Shown one piece after another: positions 44,466-52,930 of a stretch of DNA of 64,000 nucleotides (within the stretch, counting starts at the first letter, position 1; each line of letters opens with the position of its first letter). This stretch comes from an uncultured Thermoleophilia bacterium. Its GTDB lineage: Bacteria > Actinomycetota > Thermoleophilia > UBA2241. The translations under genes and the position numbers were made by a program. Below the pieces are notes generated by a model. That model did no database searches, was not told the origin of the DNA, and saw nothing but the letters and a program-made list of their open reading frames with translations. Location: positions 448,001 to 512,000 of the forward strand of contig CAVQSP010000013.1 of the NCBI GenBank assembly GCA_963715985.1, in the 5' to 3' direction.

Positions 44466-45296
44466 ATGCCCAACCCGATCATCACCGCGGCACTCACCGG
44501 CCCGGTCGCGACCAAGGCCGACAACCCGGGGATGCCGGGCAGCGTGGCCGAGATCGCCGCGTCCGCCAAGGCGTGCTACGACGCCGGCGCGGCCGTCATC
44601 CACATCCACCTGCGCGACGACGACGGCACCATGACCGCCGACCTCGACGTGGCCAAGCGCACCGTCGCGGCGGTGCGCGAGGTGTGCCCCGGCATCACCC
44701 AGCTGTCCACAGGCGGGCTGCAGTTCACCTACGAGCAGCGCATGGCTCTCGTCGAGGCCAAGCCGGCGATGGCCACGCTCAACCCGTGCACCATGACGTT
44801 CGGCGCGGCCGAGTTCAAGAACCCGCCCAAACAGATGATGGAGCTCGCCGCGCGCATGATCGAGCTCGGCGTCAAGCCCGAGGTCGAGATCTACGACACG
44901 GGGCATCTCGACATGATGCTCTACCTTGTGCACAAGGGACTGCTCGTCGAGCCGCTGCAGGTCTCCTTCGTCATGGGCGTCCGCGGCGGCATGCGCGGCG
45001 ATCCCCAGCTGCTCTCCTGGCTCGTCCGCGAGCTGCCTGCGGGCACAAGCTGGCAGGTGATCGCGGTCGCCAAAGCCAACCTGCCCATGACCACCATCGG
45101 TCTGGCCATGGGCGGCAACGCCCGCACGGGCATGGAGGACACCCTCACGCTGAGCAAGGACGTGCCGGCCGAGTCCAACCTGCAGCTCGTCGAGCGTCTG
45201 GTGGGCATCGCGCACTCGATGCAGCTGCGGCCGGCCACCGTGCCGGAGGTCGTGGAGCGCCTCAAGCTCCACCCCGACCTCGTGCACGGAGGCTGA
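44466..45296 (+). CDS. Beta-keto acid cleavage enzyme (BKACE/Kce family; candidate triacetate lyase)
   Basis: IITAALTG, GAAVIHIHLRD, STGG, KPEVEIYDTGH, RTGMED. Confidence 0.9.
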   Translation: MPNPIITAALTGPVATKADNPGMPGSVAEIAASAKACYDAGAAVIHIHLRDDDGTMTADLDVAKRTVAAVREVCPGITQLSTGGLQFTYEQRMALVEAKPAMATLNPCTMTFGAAEFKNPPKQMMELAARMIELGVKPEVEIYDTGHLDMMLYLVHKGLLVEPLQVSFVMGVRGGMRGDPQLLSWLVRELPAGTSWQVIAVAKANLPMTTIGLAMGGNARTGMEDTLTLSKDVPAESNLQLVERLVGIAHSMQLRPATVPEVVERLKLHPDLVHGG

Positions 45297-45312
45297 GACC
45301 GGCCGGCGCGTA

Positions 45313-45358
45313 TTCCGGCAGGCGGGACGCGGAATCCCGCCTCTTCCGCCTGCCGGAA
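45313..45358 (+). terminator. GC hairpin after the BKACE gene
   Basis: ttccggcaggcgg..ccgcctgccggaa inverted repeat. Confidence 0.55.
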
Positions 45359-45367
45359 CGATCGTGC

Positions 45368-45430
45368 TTGACACCGTACGGGGCGGCTATATGATGCCCG
45401 TATCGTGGGAGACCCGTCCGTATGGCGGAT
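45368..45430 (+). promoter_or_regulatory. Promoter with tandem IclR-type boxes
   Basis: TTGACA-16-TATGAT, then gcccgtatcgtggga-5 nt-gtccgtatggcggat. Confidence 0.72.
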
Positions 45431-45613
45431 GTGGCGAGGGCCCTCAGGCCCTCATGTGAAGAGGAACACAACGTCCGGTCGCGCTCGGCGGCGGACAGCG
45501 GCACAGAGTCGGGCGCAACAGGCGTCAAGACGGACCCAAGGGGGGGTCCACGCGCGTCTCAGGCTCGCAGCGCGGGCTGTACGACGTCGCGGGACCGCGA
45601 CAAGGAGGGCGGC

Positions 45614-47035
45614 ATGAGCTCTGACGAACGCACACCAAACCAGGTCGGCGCGGCCGACGAAGCCGGGTTCGGCCGCAAGGCCGTTACGCGGCGCGACTTC
45701 CTCAAGACCGCCGGTGTGGCCGGCGCGGCGCTGGGCATCGCCGGCGGCGCCGGCAGCGTGCTGGCCGCCTGCGGCACCACCTCCAGCGAGGGCAGCGGCG
45801 GCGGCAGCAGCAGCGGCGCCGAGGGCCGCACCATCAAGGTGGGCTTCGTCGCCCCCCTCACCGGCCAGCTGGCCGCGTTCGGCGAGACCGACCAGTGGCT
45901 CGTGGAGCAGTGGATGACCGCCGTCAAGGACGGCGTGCAGTGCGGCGACGGCCAGGTCCACCCGATCGAGATCATCATCAAGGACTCGCAGTCCGACTCG
46001 AACCGTGCGGCCACGGTGGCCGGCGACCTCGTCACCAACGACGGCGTCGACGTCATGATGGTCGCCTCCACCCCCGACACGGTGAACCCGGTCGCCGACC
46101 AGGCCGAGGCTCTGTCCGTGCCGTGCGTGTCCAACGACTGCCCGTGGCAGCCGTACTACTTCGGCCGCGGCGCCACGCCCGACAAGCCTTTCACGTGGAC
46201 CTACCACGCCTTCTGGGGTCTCGAGGACGTCACTGCCGTGTTCACCGGCATGTGGGACCAGCTGACGACGAACAAGAAGATCGGCGCGATGTGGCCGAAC
46301 GACGCCGACGGCCTCGGCTGGGCCGACCCCAAGACGGGCCAGCCGCCGATGCTCAAGGCGGCCGGCTACACGGTCGTGGACGGCGGCCGCTTCCAGGACG
46401 GCACCGAGGACTACACGCCGCAGATCAGCAAGTTCAAGGCGGCCGGTTGCGACATCCTCAGCGGCGTGTTCATCCCGCCGGACTTCGTCAACTTCTGGAA
46501 GCAGTCGTACCAGCAGGGCTTCCAGCCCGTGGCCGCCACGGTCGGCAAAGCGCTGCTCTTCCCGGCCGAGATGGAGGCCATCGGCGACATCGGCTACGGG
46601 CTCACCACCGAGTGCTGGTGGTCGCCGTGGCACCCGTTCAAGTCGTCGCTCACCGGCCAGACCTGCCAGGAGCTTTCCGACGCCTGGGTCTCGAGCACCG
46701 GCAAGGAATGGAACCAGACGTTGCTGCACTACGCCGTCTTCGAGGTCGTCGTCGACTCCCTCAAGCGCGCCACCAGCGTCGACGACAAGCAGGTCATCCT
46801 GGACGCCATCAAGGCCACCGACATGAACACGATCCAGGGTCACATCACCTGGTCGGCCGGCGCCCCGCTGAACCCTGTCCCCAACGTCTGCCGCACCGTG
46901 CTGGTGGGCGGCATGTGGACCAAGGGCACCGACTACCCGTTCGATCTGCTCCTCGTCGACACGGCTCACGCCGCGGCGGAGCCGTTCAACGTGACCATCC
47001 CCACCAACGGCAAGCTCGTTCCTATCAGCTACTGA
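45614..47035 (+). CDS. ABC substrate-binding protein (LivJ-like fold), Tat lipoprotein, copy 2
   Basis: TRRDFLK plus LAAC; clear paralogue of 33508..34881 (CGDGQVHPI, NDCPWQ, WADP). Confidence 0.9.
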   Translation: MSSDERTPNQVGAADEAGFGRKAVTRRDFLKTAGVAGAALGIAGGAGSVLAACGTTSSEGSGGGSSSGAEGRTIKVGFVAPLTGQLAAFGETDQWLVEQWMTAVKDGVQCGDGQVHPIEIIIKDSQSDSNRAATVAGDLVTNDGVDVMMVASTPDTVNPVADQAEALSVPCVSNDCPWQPYYFGRGATPDKPFTWTYHAFWGLEDVTAVFTGMWDQLTTNKKIGAMWPNDADGLGWADPKTGQPPMLKAAGYTVVDGGRFQDGTEDYTPQISKFKAAGCDILSGVFIPPDFVNFWKQSYQQGFQPVAATVGKALLFPAEMEAIGDIGYGLTTECWWSPWHPFKSSLTGQTCQELSDAWVSSTGKEWNQTLLHYAVFEVVVDSLKRATSVDDKQVILDAIKATDMNTIQGHITWSAGAPLNPVPNVCRTVLVGGMWTKGTDYPFDLLLVDTAHAAAEPFNVTIPTNGKLVPISY

Positions 47036-47120
47036 GTCGTCCTGTCCCCGACCCCTGATGCCCGGCAAGTGCGGCCCGTGCACACGAGGAGGTAGAAGTG
47101 ATGCAGGGCGGTGAGACCCC

Positions 47121-47846
47121 GTGACTGCGGTCCTGGAGATCGCCGGTCTCAACAAGTCCTTCGGCGGCGTCAAGGTCATCGACGACCTGAGCATGACGCT
47201 GCACGAGGGTGAGGCACTGGGCATCGTCGGGCCGAACGGCGCCGGCAAGACCACGATGTTCAATCTGATCACCGGCGTGTATCGGCCCGACGAGGGCCGG
47301 GTCCTGTACAAGGGCAAAGACATCACGCACCACTCGCGGCACGCGCGCTGCCGCGAGGGCATCGGCCGCACGTTCCAGATCCCCAAGCCGTTCGGCGACA
47401 TGAGCGTGTTCGAGAACGTGCTCGTGTGCGCCGCCTACGGGCGCGGCATGAGCGAGCGTTCGAGCTACCAGCGCTGCGTGGAGACGCTGGAGCTCACCGG
47501 GCTGGCGCCGAAGGCCAACAAGCAGGCCGGGGCGCTGCCGCTGCTCGACCGCAAGCGGCTCGAGATGGCCCGCGCGCTCGCCGGCGACCCTACGGTCCTT
47601 CTCCTGGACGAGATCGCCGGCGGCCTCACCGAGGCCGAGGTCGAGGACCTCATCGTGACGGTCAAGGACCTCCACAACGAAGGCATCTCCATCATCTGGA
47701 TCGAGCACATCGTGCACGCGCTCCTGGCCGTGGTGCAGCGCATCGTCGCCATCAGCTTCGGCCACAACCTGATCGAAGGCGACCCCGAAGAGGTCATGTG
47801 CAGCGACGAGGTGCAGGCCTGTTACATGGGGGGGACGCCGATATGA
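47121..47846 (+). CDS. ABC ATP-binding protein, LivG-like
   Basis: GPNGAGKTT, GRTFQIP, LLDE, IEH. Confidence 0.93.
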   Translation: MTAVLEIAGLNKSFGGVKVIDDLSMTLHEGEALGIVGPNGAGKTTMFNLITGVYRPDEGRVLYKGKDITHHSRHARCREGIGRTFQIPKPFGDMSVFENVLVCAAYGRGMSERSSYQRCVETLELTGLAPKANKQAGALPLLDRKRLEMARALAGDPTVLLLDEIAGGLTEAEVEDLIVTVKDLHNEGISIIWIEHIVHALLAVVQRIVAISFGHNLIEGDPEEVMCSDEVQACYMGGTPI

Positions 47847-48541
47847 GTGTGCTGGAGCTCCAGGACGTCGACGTCTTCTACGGCGACTTCCAGGCCCTGT
47901 TCAAGGTGTCCTTCACGGTCGAGCAGGGCCAGACCTTCGCCTGCATCGGCGCCAACGGCGGCGGCAAGTCGACGATGCTCCGCACCGTGGCCGGCGCGCT
48001 GCGCCCGAAGTCGGGTCACGTGCTGTTCCGCGGCGAAGCGGTCGACAACGTCCCCGCGCACGATCGCGTCAAGATGGGCATCGCCCTCGTTCCCGAAGGG
48101 CGCCGCGTGTTTCCCAGTCTGAGCGTGTTCGAGAACCTGCAGATCGGCGGGTACGGCGGGCGCAAGGGCGACTGGAACATGGAGTCCGTGCTCGAGCTCT
48201 TCCCGCTGCTCAAGCCGCTCATCAAGCGGCAGGCGTCGAGCCTCTCCGGCGGTGAGCAGCAGGCCCTGGCCATCGGCCGGGCGCTGATGTCCAACCCCGA
48301 GCTGCTGCTGCTCGACGAGGTGTCCCTGGGTCTCGCGCCGGTGGTCATCAAGCGCATCTACGAAGCCATGGTGCACCTTGTGGGCACCGGCACGACCATC
48401 GTGGTGGTCGAGCAGGATGTGCAGCACGTGCTCACCGTGGCGGACCACGTCGCGTGCTTCCTCGAAGGCCGCATCAGCCTCGAGGGCAAGCCGAGCGAGC
48501 TGACCTCGGAAGCTATCACTGCAGCCTACTTCGGGATGTGA
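47843..48541 (+). CDS. ABC ATP-binding protein, LivF-like
   Basis: GANGGGKST, VPEGRRVF, LSGGEQQ, LDEVSLGLAP, VEQ. Confidence 0.93.
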   Translation: MSVLELQDVDVFYGDFQALFKVSFTVEQGQTFACIGANGGGKSTMLRTVAGALRPKSGHVLFRGEAVDNVPAHDRVKMGIALVPEGRRVFPSLSVFENLQIGGYGGRKGDWNMESVLELFPLLKPLIKRQASSLSGGEQQALAIGRALMSNPELLLLDEVSLGLAPVVIKRIYEAMVHLVGTGTTIVVVEQDVQHVLTVADHVACFLEGRISLEGKPSELTSEAITAAYFGM

Positions 48542-48545
48542 GGTC

Positions 48546-49418
48546 ATGGTCTGGGTCAACGTAACTCTTCAGGGCATTCTCCTGGGCGGGCTGTACGCGC
48601 TGTTCGCGACCGGCCTCGCGCTGGTGTTCGGCGTCATGCGCACGGTGAACCTGGCGCACGGCGACCTCGGCATCCTGGCCGCGTACATCTGTCTCTTCAT
48701 CGTGCAGTCGTTCAGCATCGGTGTGCTGTGGTCCGGCATCGTGACGATCGTGATCATGTTCGTCGTCGGCTATCTGCTCCAGCGAGGGCTCCTCAACTCC
48801 GTCCTGGGCAGCGACGACACCCGCCCCATCGTGGTCACCTTCGGCCTCTCGATCATCATCCAGAACGGCCTGATCATGTGGTGGTCGGCCGACTCGCAGG
48901 GCCTGGACGCGGGTGCCATCGAGAACGCCAGCATCACCATCACCAAGCAGCTGGCCATCGGCTGGTTCCCCCTGCTGGTGTTCCTGCTCTCCATCGTCGT
49001 GATCGCGCTGCTGCAGCTCTTCCTCAACCGCACGCGCATGGGGCGCGCCTTTCGCGCCACCTCCGACGACCGTGAGGCGGCCGAGCTCATGGGCATCAAC
49101 AACCGGCACATCTACGGGCTCGCCATGGCCATCGCCCTCGGCATCGTGGCGATCGCCGGCATCATGCTGGCGGTGCGCAGCACGTTTGACCCCTCACAGG
49201 GCTCCTTCCGCCTGATCTTCGCGTTTGAGGCCGTGATCATGGGCGGCATGGGGTCCATCTGGGGCACGCTCCTCGGAGGTGTGGTCCTCGGCATGTCCCA
49301 GACCATCGGCGCGCAGGCGTTCGGCGCCGGGTGGGGTCTGCTGGTCGGCCACCTCGTGTTCCTCACCGTGCTGGCCGTGAGGCCCAGCGGCTTCTTCGCG
49401 AAGACGGTGACCGCATGA
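48546..49418 (+). CDS. ABC permease, LivH-like
   Basis: GGLYALFATGLALVFGVMRTVNLAHG, GRAFRA, GGMGS. Confidence 0.92.
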   Translation: MVWVNVTLQGILLGGLYALFATGLALVFGVMRTVNLAHGDLGILAAYICLFIVQSFSIGVLWSGIVTIVIMFVVGYLLQRGLLNSVLGSDDTRPIVVTFGLSIIIQNGLIMWWSADSQGLDAGAIENASITITKQLAIGWFPLLVFLLSIVVIALLQLFLNRTRMGRAFRATSDDREAAELMGINNRHIYGLAMAIALGIVAIAGIMLAVRSTFDPSQGSFRLIFAFEAVIMGGMGSIWGTLLGGVVLGMSQTIGAQAFGAGWGLLVGHLVFLTVLAVRPSGFFAKTVTA

Positions 49419-50548
49419 ATAGCCAGCGTAGACAGGCTATCGAGCGGGGCACCGGAGGCCCACCGCTCCGCGCCCAGGAGCAGCCGTTGGTCGTGCCCGA
49501 GTTCCGCGTCGCGCGCTCCCAGCGCATGCACCGCTGGGTGCTCATCATCTCCATCGCGCTTGTGGTCGGTCTGGCCAGCGTGCCCTTCTGGTCCACGGTG
49601 GCCGTGTGTCGCACGATGGTGACGCTCTTCACCCTCATGGCCCTGGCCCAGATGTGGAACCTGCTCGGCGGCTACGCCGGGCTCATCTCCGTGGGCCAGC
49701 AGGCCTACATCGGGCTCGGCGCCTACGGTGTGTGGCTCATGGGCGACGTGATCGGCCTCAACCCGTTCGTGGCCGTGTTCCTGGCCGGCGGGCTCGCCGT
49801 GCTCATCGCGCTGCCGGTCGCCCCGCTGATCTTCCGCCTGCGCGGTGGCTACTTCGCCATCGGCACGTGGGTCGTGGCCGAGGTGGTGCGGCTCGTCGTG
49901 GCCAATATCCAGGCCACGGGCGGCGGCTCCGGCAAGACGGTCATCTCCGTAGCGAAGCTGCCCATCACCACACGCATCCCCGGCACGTACTGGCTGGCCC
50001 TGGTCGTGGCGGTCGGCTCGATCCTGCTCGTCTACCTCCTGCTGCGCTCGCGCAACGGCCTGGCTCTCACCGCCATCCGTGACAACGACCTGGCGGCGCA
50101 GAGCTCGGGCGTCAACGTGTTCCGCACCAAGCTCTACGTCTACCTGCTCGCGGCGTTCGGCTGCGGCGTCGTGGGGGCCGTTGTCGCCATGAACCTGCTG
50201 CGCATCCAGCCCGCGGCGGCCTTCAGCATCAACTGGACGGCGTACGCGATCTTCATCGTGGTGATCGGGGGCTTTGGCACCATCGAAGGCCCCATCATCG
50301 GATCGGTCATCTACTTCGCGCTGCTGCAGACCCTGAGCCAGTACGGCACCACCTACATGCTGCTGCTCGGCGTCATCGCCGTGATCGTGGTGGCCAGGGC
50401 CCCGCGCGGCATCTGGGGCTTCGTGGTGAAGCGCTGGGACATCCACCTCTTCCCGGTGAGACGTAGCCTGGTGCTGCTGGACCTGCCACCGGAAGCGACA
50501 CCCAAGGCTCCGGCCGGCCAGACCGGCCCTGCCCCCGAAGCGGGCTGA
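49415..50548 (+). CDS. ABC permease, LivM-like
   Basis: WNLLGGYAGLISVGQ, RLRGGYFAIGT, AIRD, IGGFGTIEGP. Confidence 0.92.
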   Translation: MNSQRRQAIERGTGGPPLRAQEQPLVVPEFRVARSQRMHRWVLIISIALVVGLASVPFWSTVAVCRTMVTLFTLMALAQMWNLLGGYAGLISVGQQAYIGLGAYGVWLMGDVIGLNPFVAVFLAGGLAVLIALPVAPLIFRLRGGYFAIGTWVVAEVVRLVVANIQATGGGSGKTVISVAKLPITTRIPGTYWLALVVAVGSILLVYLLLRSRNGLALTAIRDNDLAAQSSGVNVFRTKLYVYLLAAFGCGVVGAVVAMNLLRIQPAAAFSINWTAYAIFIVVIGGFGTIEGPIIGSVIYFALLQTLSQYGTTYMLLLGVIAVIVVARAPRGIWGFVVKRWDIHLFPVRRSLVLLDLPPEATPKAPAGQTGPAPEAG

Positions 50549-50699
50549 GAGGGAAGCGTGACGTGAGGGCGCCGGCGCCAGGCCCCCGGGGCTGTACTCC
50601 GGCGCCCTCACCCGTTCGATAAGACGAGAACCACGAGGTGCACTACCGGCGCCGGTCGTAGGGGGCGCACGGGGACGGCACCCGCGTGACGGAGGTCGT

Positions 50700-51479
50700 G
50701 TGAGCGAGTCACAGGAAGAAGCGCAACAGACGCGCAACGGAGTGCAGGTACTGGGCCGGGCGGCCCTCATCCTGCGGCTGCTGGCCGCCGACTCCTCGGG
50801 CGGGCTCACGTTCAGCGAGCTCGTCACCAGGGCCGGCCTGCCGCGCACCACGGTGCACCGCATCCGCTACGCTCTCGAACACGAAGGCTTCGTCTGCACC
50901 GACGAGGTCACCGGCAGGCTGCGCCTGGGTCCCGGCCTGCTGCAGCTGGCCGTGGCCAGTCGCAGGGACCTGCCCAGTGTGGTGCGGCCGTACCTCGAGC
51001 GGCTCTCCACGGAGCTCAACGAGACGGTCGACCTTGCCGTGCTGGACGGCATGCACGTGCTCTTCATCGCCCAGACTCCGGCTCCGCAGCGCTCCCTCAT
51101 GGTCGTCTCGCGGGTCGGAGCGCGGTTCCCCGCCTTCTGCACCGCCAACGGCAAGGCCCTGCTCGCCAAGCTGCCTCCCGACGACCTCAAACAGCGCCTC
51201 CCGCGCCGCCTCGAGACGTCCTCGCTGCACCTGCCCGTCTCTCGCGAAGCGCTCCTGCGAGAGCTCGCCGAGATCCGCAAGACCGGCGTAGGCTACGACC
51301 GTGAAGAGCATCACGCCGGCATCTGCGGCATCGGCGTGGTGATCACCGACATCGACGGCAGCATGGCCTCGATCGCCGTCCCCATGCCGACCGCCAGGTT
51401 CTACGAGGACGCCGACATCGTCGCAAACGCGCTCTTGCGCGTGCGCGACGAGATCGAGGTGGCCCTGCAGAGTGCCTGA
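50700..51479 (+). CDS. IclR family transcriptional regulator 4
   Basis: [39 protein letters not shown]. Confidence 0.93.
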   Translation: MSESQEEAQQTRNGVQVLGRAALILRLLAADSSGGLTFSELVTRAGLPRTTVHRIRYALEHEGFVCTDEVTGRLRLGPGLLQLAVASRRDLPSVVRPYLERLSTELNETVDLAVLDGMHVLFIAQTPAPQRSLMVVSRVGARFPAFCTANGKALLAKLPPDDLKQRLPRRLETSSLHLPVSREALLRELAEIRKTGVGYDREEHHAGICGIGVVITDIDGSMASIAVPMPTARFYEDADIVANALLRVRDEIEVALQSA

Positions 51480-51510
51480 GCGGGCCGTTCCGACCGGGAG
51501 GTCAGCGACA

Positions 51511-52089
51511 GTGTCAGGGCACCTCGAAGGATGTTCGATCGTGGCCGTGGTGGGCAGCCCGCGGCCGCGCGGAAACACATCGCTGCTGGTCGACGCGGCG
51601 CTCGAGGAGCTGGAGGCGCGCGGCGCCGGCGTGCGCAAGCTCCTCCTCGCCGACTACGCCATCGCGCCCTGCCTCGGCCATGAGGGCTGCGCCGAGTTCA
51701 CGTCCTGTCCGCACGGCGACGACGCCGACGAGGTGCTCGATGCCGTGTATGCGGCGGACGGGCTGATCCTCGCCTCGCCCGTCTACTACGAGAACGTCAC
51801 CGCGCAGATGAAGGCGTTCATGGACCGCAACGTCTACCGCTACAACCGCGACGAGTGGCTGAGCGCTCGCGCCGTGGGCCTGCTCGCGGTGACCGGCGAG
51901 ACCGGGCTGGACGACGCCATCGCCGCCATGCGCCGCTACGTCGCGCTCTCCACCACGCGGGAGGTGCCGACGGTCAGTGCGGGCGTGATCGCGGACGGAC
52001 TGGGCGTGGTCGCCGGGCAGCCCGAGTCCCTTGCGGCGGCGCGCGAGCTGGGCGCCGGCGTGGCGGAGCTGCTCGCCGGCGCCACCTGA
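51511..52089 (+). CDS. Flavodoxin-fold FMN reductase / iron-sulfur flavoprotein-like protein
   Basis: GSPRPRGNT, PCLGHEGC-x5-C, ASPVYY, KAFMDR; start approximate. Confidence 0.85.
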   Translation: MSGHLEGCSIVAVVGSPRPRGNTSLLVDAALEELEARGAGVRKLLLADYAIAPCLGHEGCAEFTSCPHGDDADEVLDAVYAADGLILASPVYYENVTAQMKAFMDRNVYRYNRDEWLSARAVGLLAVTGETGLDDAIAAMRRYVALSTTREVPTVSAGVIADGLGVVAGQPESLAAARELGAGVAELLAGAT

Positions 52090-52146
52090 GCTGCAGGCTC
52101 GCAGCGGGGCCCGCCGGCCTGCGGCGGGGGCGCCGGTGCGCGGCCG

Positions 52147-52755
52147 TCAGTGCGGGCGGACGACCCGGGTCTCGGTGACGATGGCGGTCACGGGCAGGTC
52201 GTGCGGCTCACACGGCAGGTCCTCGACCATCTGCGCATCGAAGGCCAGCGCCACGCGTGCCGCGTCCGGCCGCATCAGCGGCAGGAAGGTGTCGTAGAAG
52301 CCGCCGCCGTACCCGCAACGGTTGCCGGTCGCGTCGAACGCGGCGCCCGGCACCAGCACCGCGTCCACGTCCTGCGGGTCGACCAGCTCGCAGGCGTCGC
52401 ACGGCTCGGGGATGCCCCACGTGCCGGGCTCGAGCTCCGCGGCGGGGTCGCAGATGCGGAAGGCGGCCATGCGGCGGGGGCCGAGGATCCGCGGCAGGCA
52501 CACGACCTTGCCGGCGCCGAGCGCCCAGGCGATGAGCGGGTCGGTGTCGATCTCCGAGCGGAACGAGGCGAACAGCATGATCGTGGACGCCGCGACCAGC
52601 TCGGGCAGCGTCGCGGCGCGTTTGCAGATGGCTGCGCTCAGGCGAGCCCGATCCTCTGCCGGCAGGGCATCGCGGGCGGCCAGGGCGCTGTGGCGCAGGT
52701 CGTTCTTGGACGCGCAGGCGGGGGCCGGGTCGGGGCCGTGCTGTGGGTGCGGCAT
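52147..52755 (-). CDS. 5-formyltetrahydrofolate cyclo-ligase
   Basis: KNDLR, FRSEID, WGIPEP, VPGAAFD..RCGYGGGFYD, EPHD, IVTE. Confidence 0.93.
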   Translation of the reverse strand: MPHPQHGPDPAPACASKNDLRHSALAARDALPAEDRARLSAAICKRAATLPELVAASTIMLFASFRSEIDTDPLIAWALGAGKVVCLPRILGPRRMAAFRICDPAAELEPGTWGIPEPCDACELVDPQDVDAVLVPGAAFDATGNRCGYGGGFYDTFLPLMRPDAARVALAFDAQMVEDLPCEPHDLPVTAIVTETRVVRPH

Positions 52756-52930
52756 GCGGGCGACCTCGCGTGTGTGTACCGGTGTGGCTACGCTTCGCGG
52801 CCGTGACGGCGATCGGCCGCGCCAGGCGTGCCGTTGTTCATCTATAGTATACGGGCGTGGTCGTAGGCGGGCTGCCCGACCACGCACGAGAGAGGGGCCG
52901 CGGCCGAGGGCCGCGGCCGAGAGGACGGGC

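Noticed and set aside
44466-45296. Lysine fermentation kce
   Set aside because: No kamA, kamDE, kdd or kal genes nearby; context favours another beta-keto acid.
47121-50548. Annotating the ABC system as a true branched-chain amino acid importer (livGFHM)
   Set aside because: The fold matches, but context and shared operators point to aromatic substrates; gene symbols withheld.
52756-52930. 6S RNA or ZTP riboswitch upstream of 5-formyl-THF cyclo-ligase
   Set aside because: Only short hairpins and a tatagt/tatact promoter patch; I could not match the 6S rod or the ZTP consensus. A cmscan would settle it.
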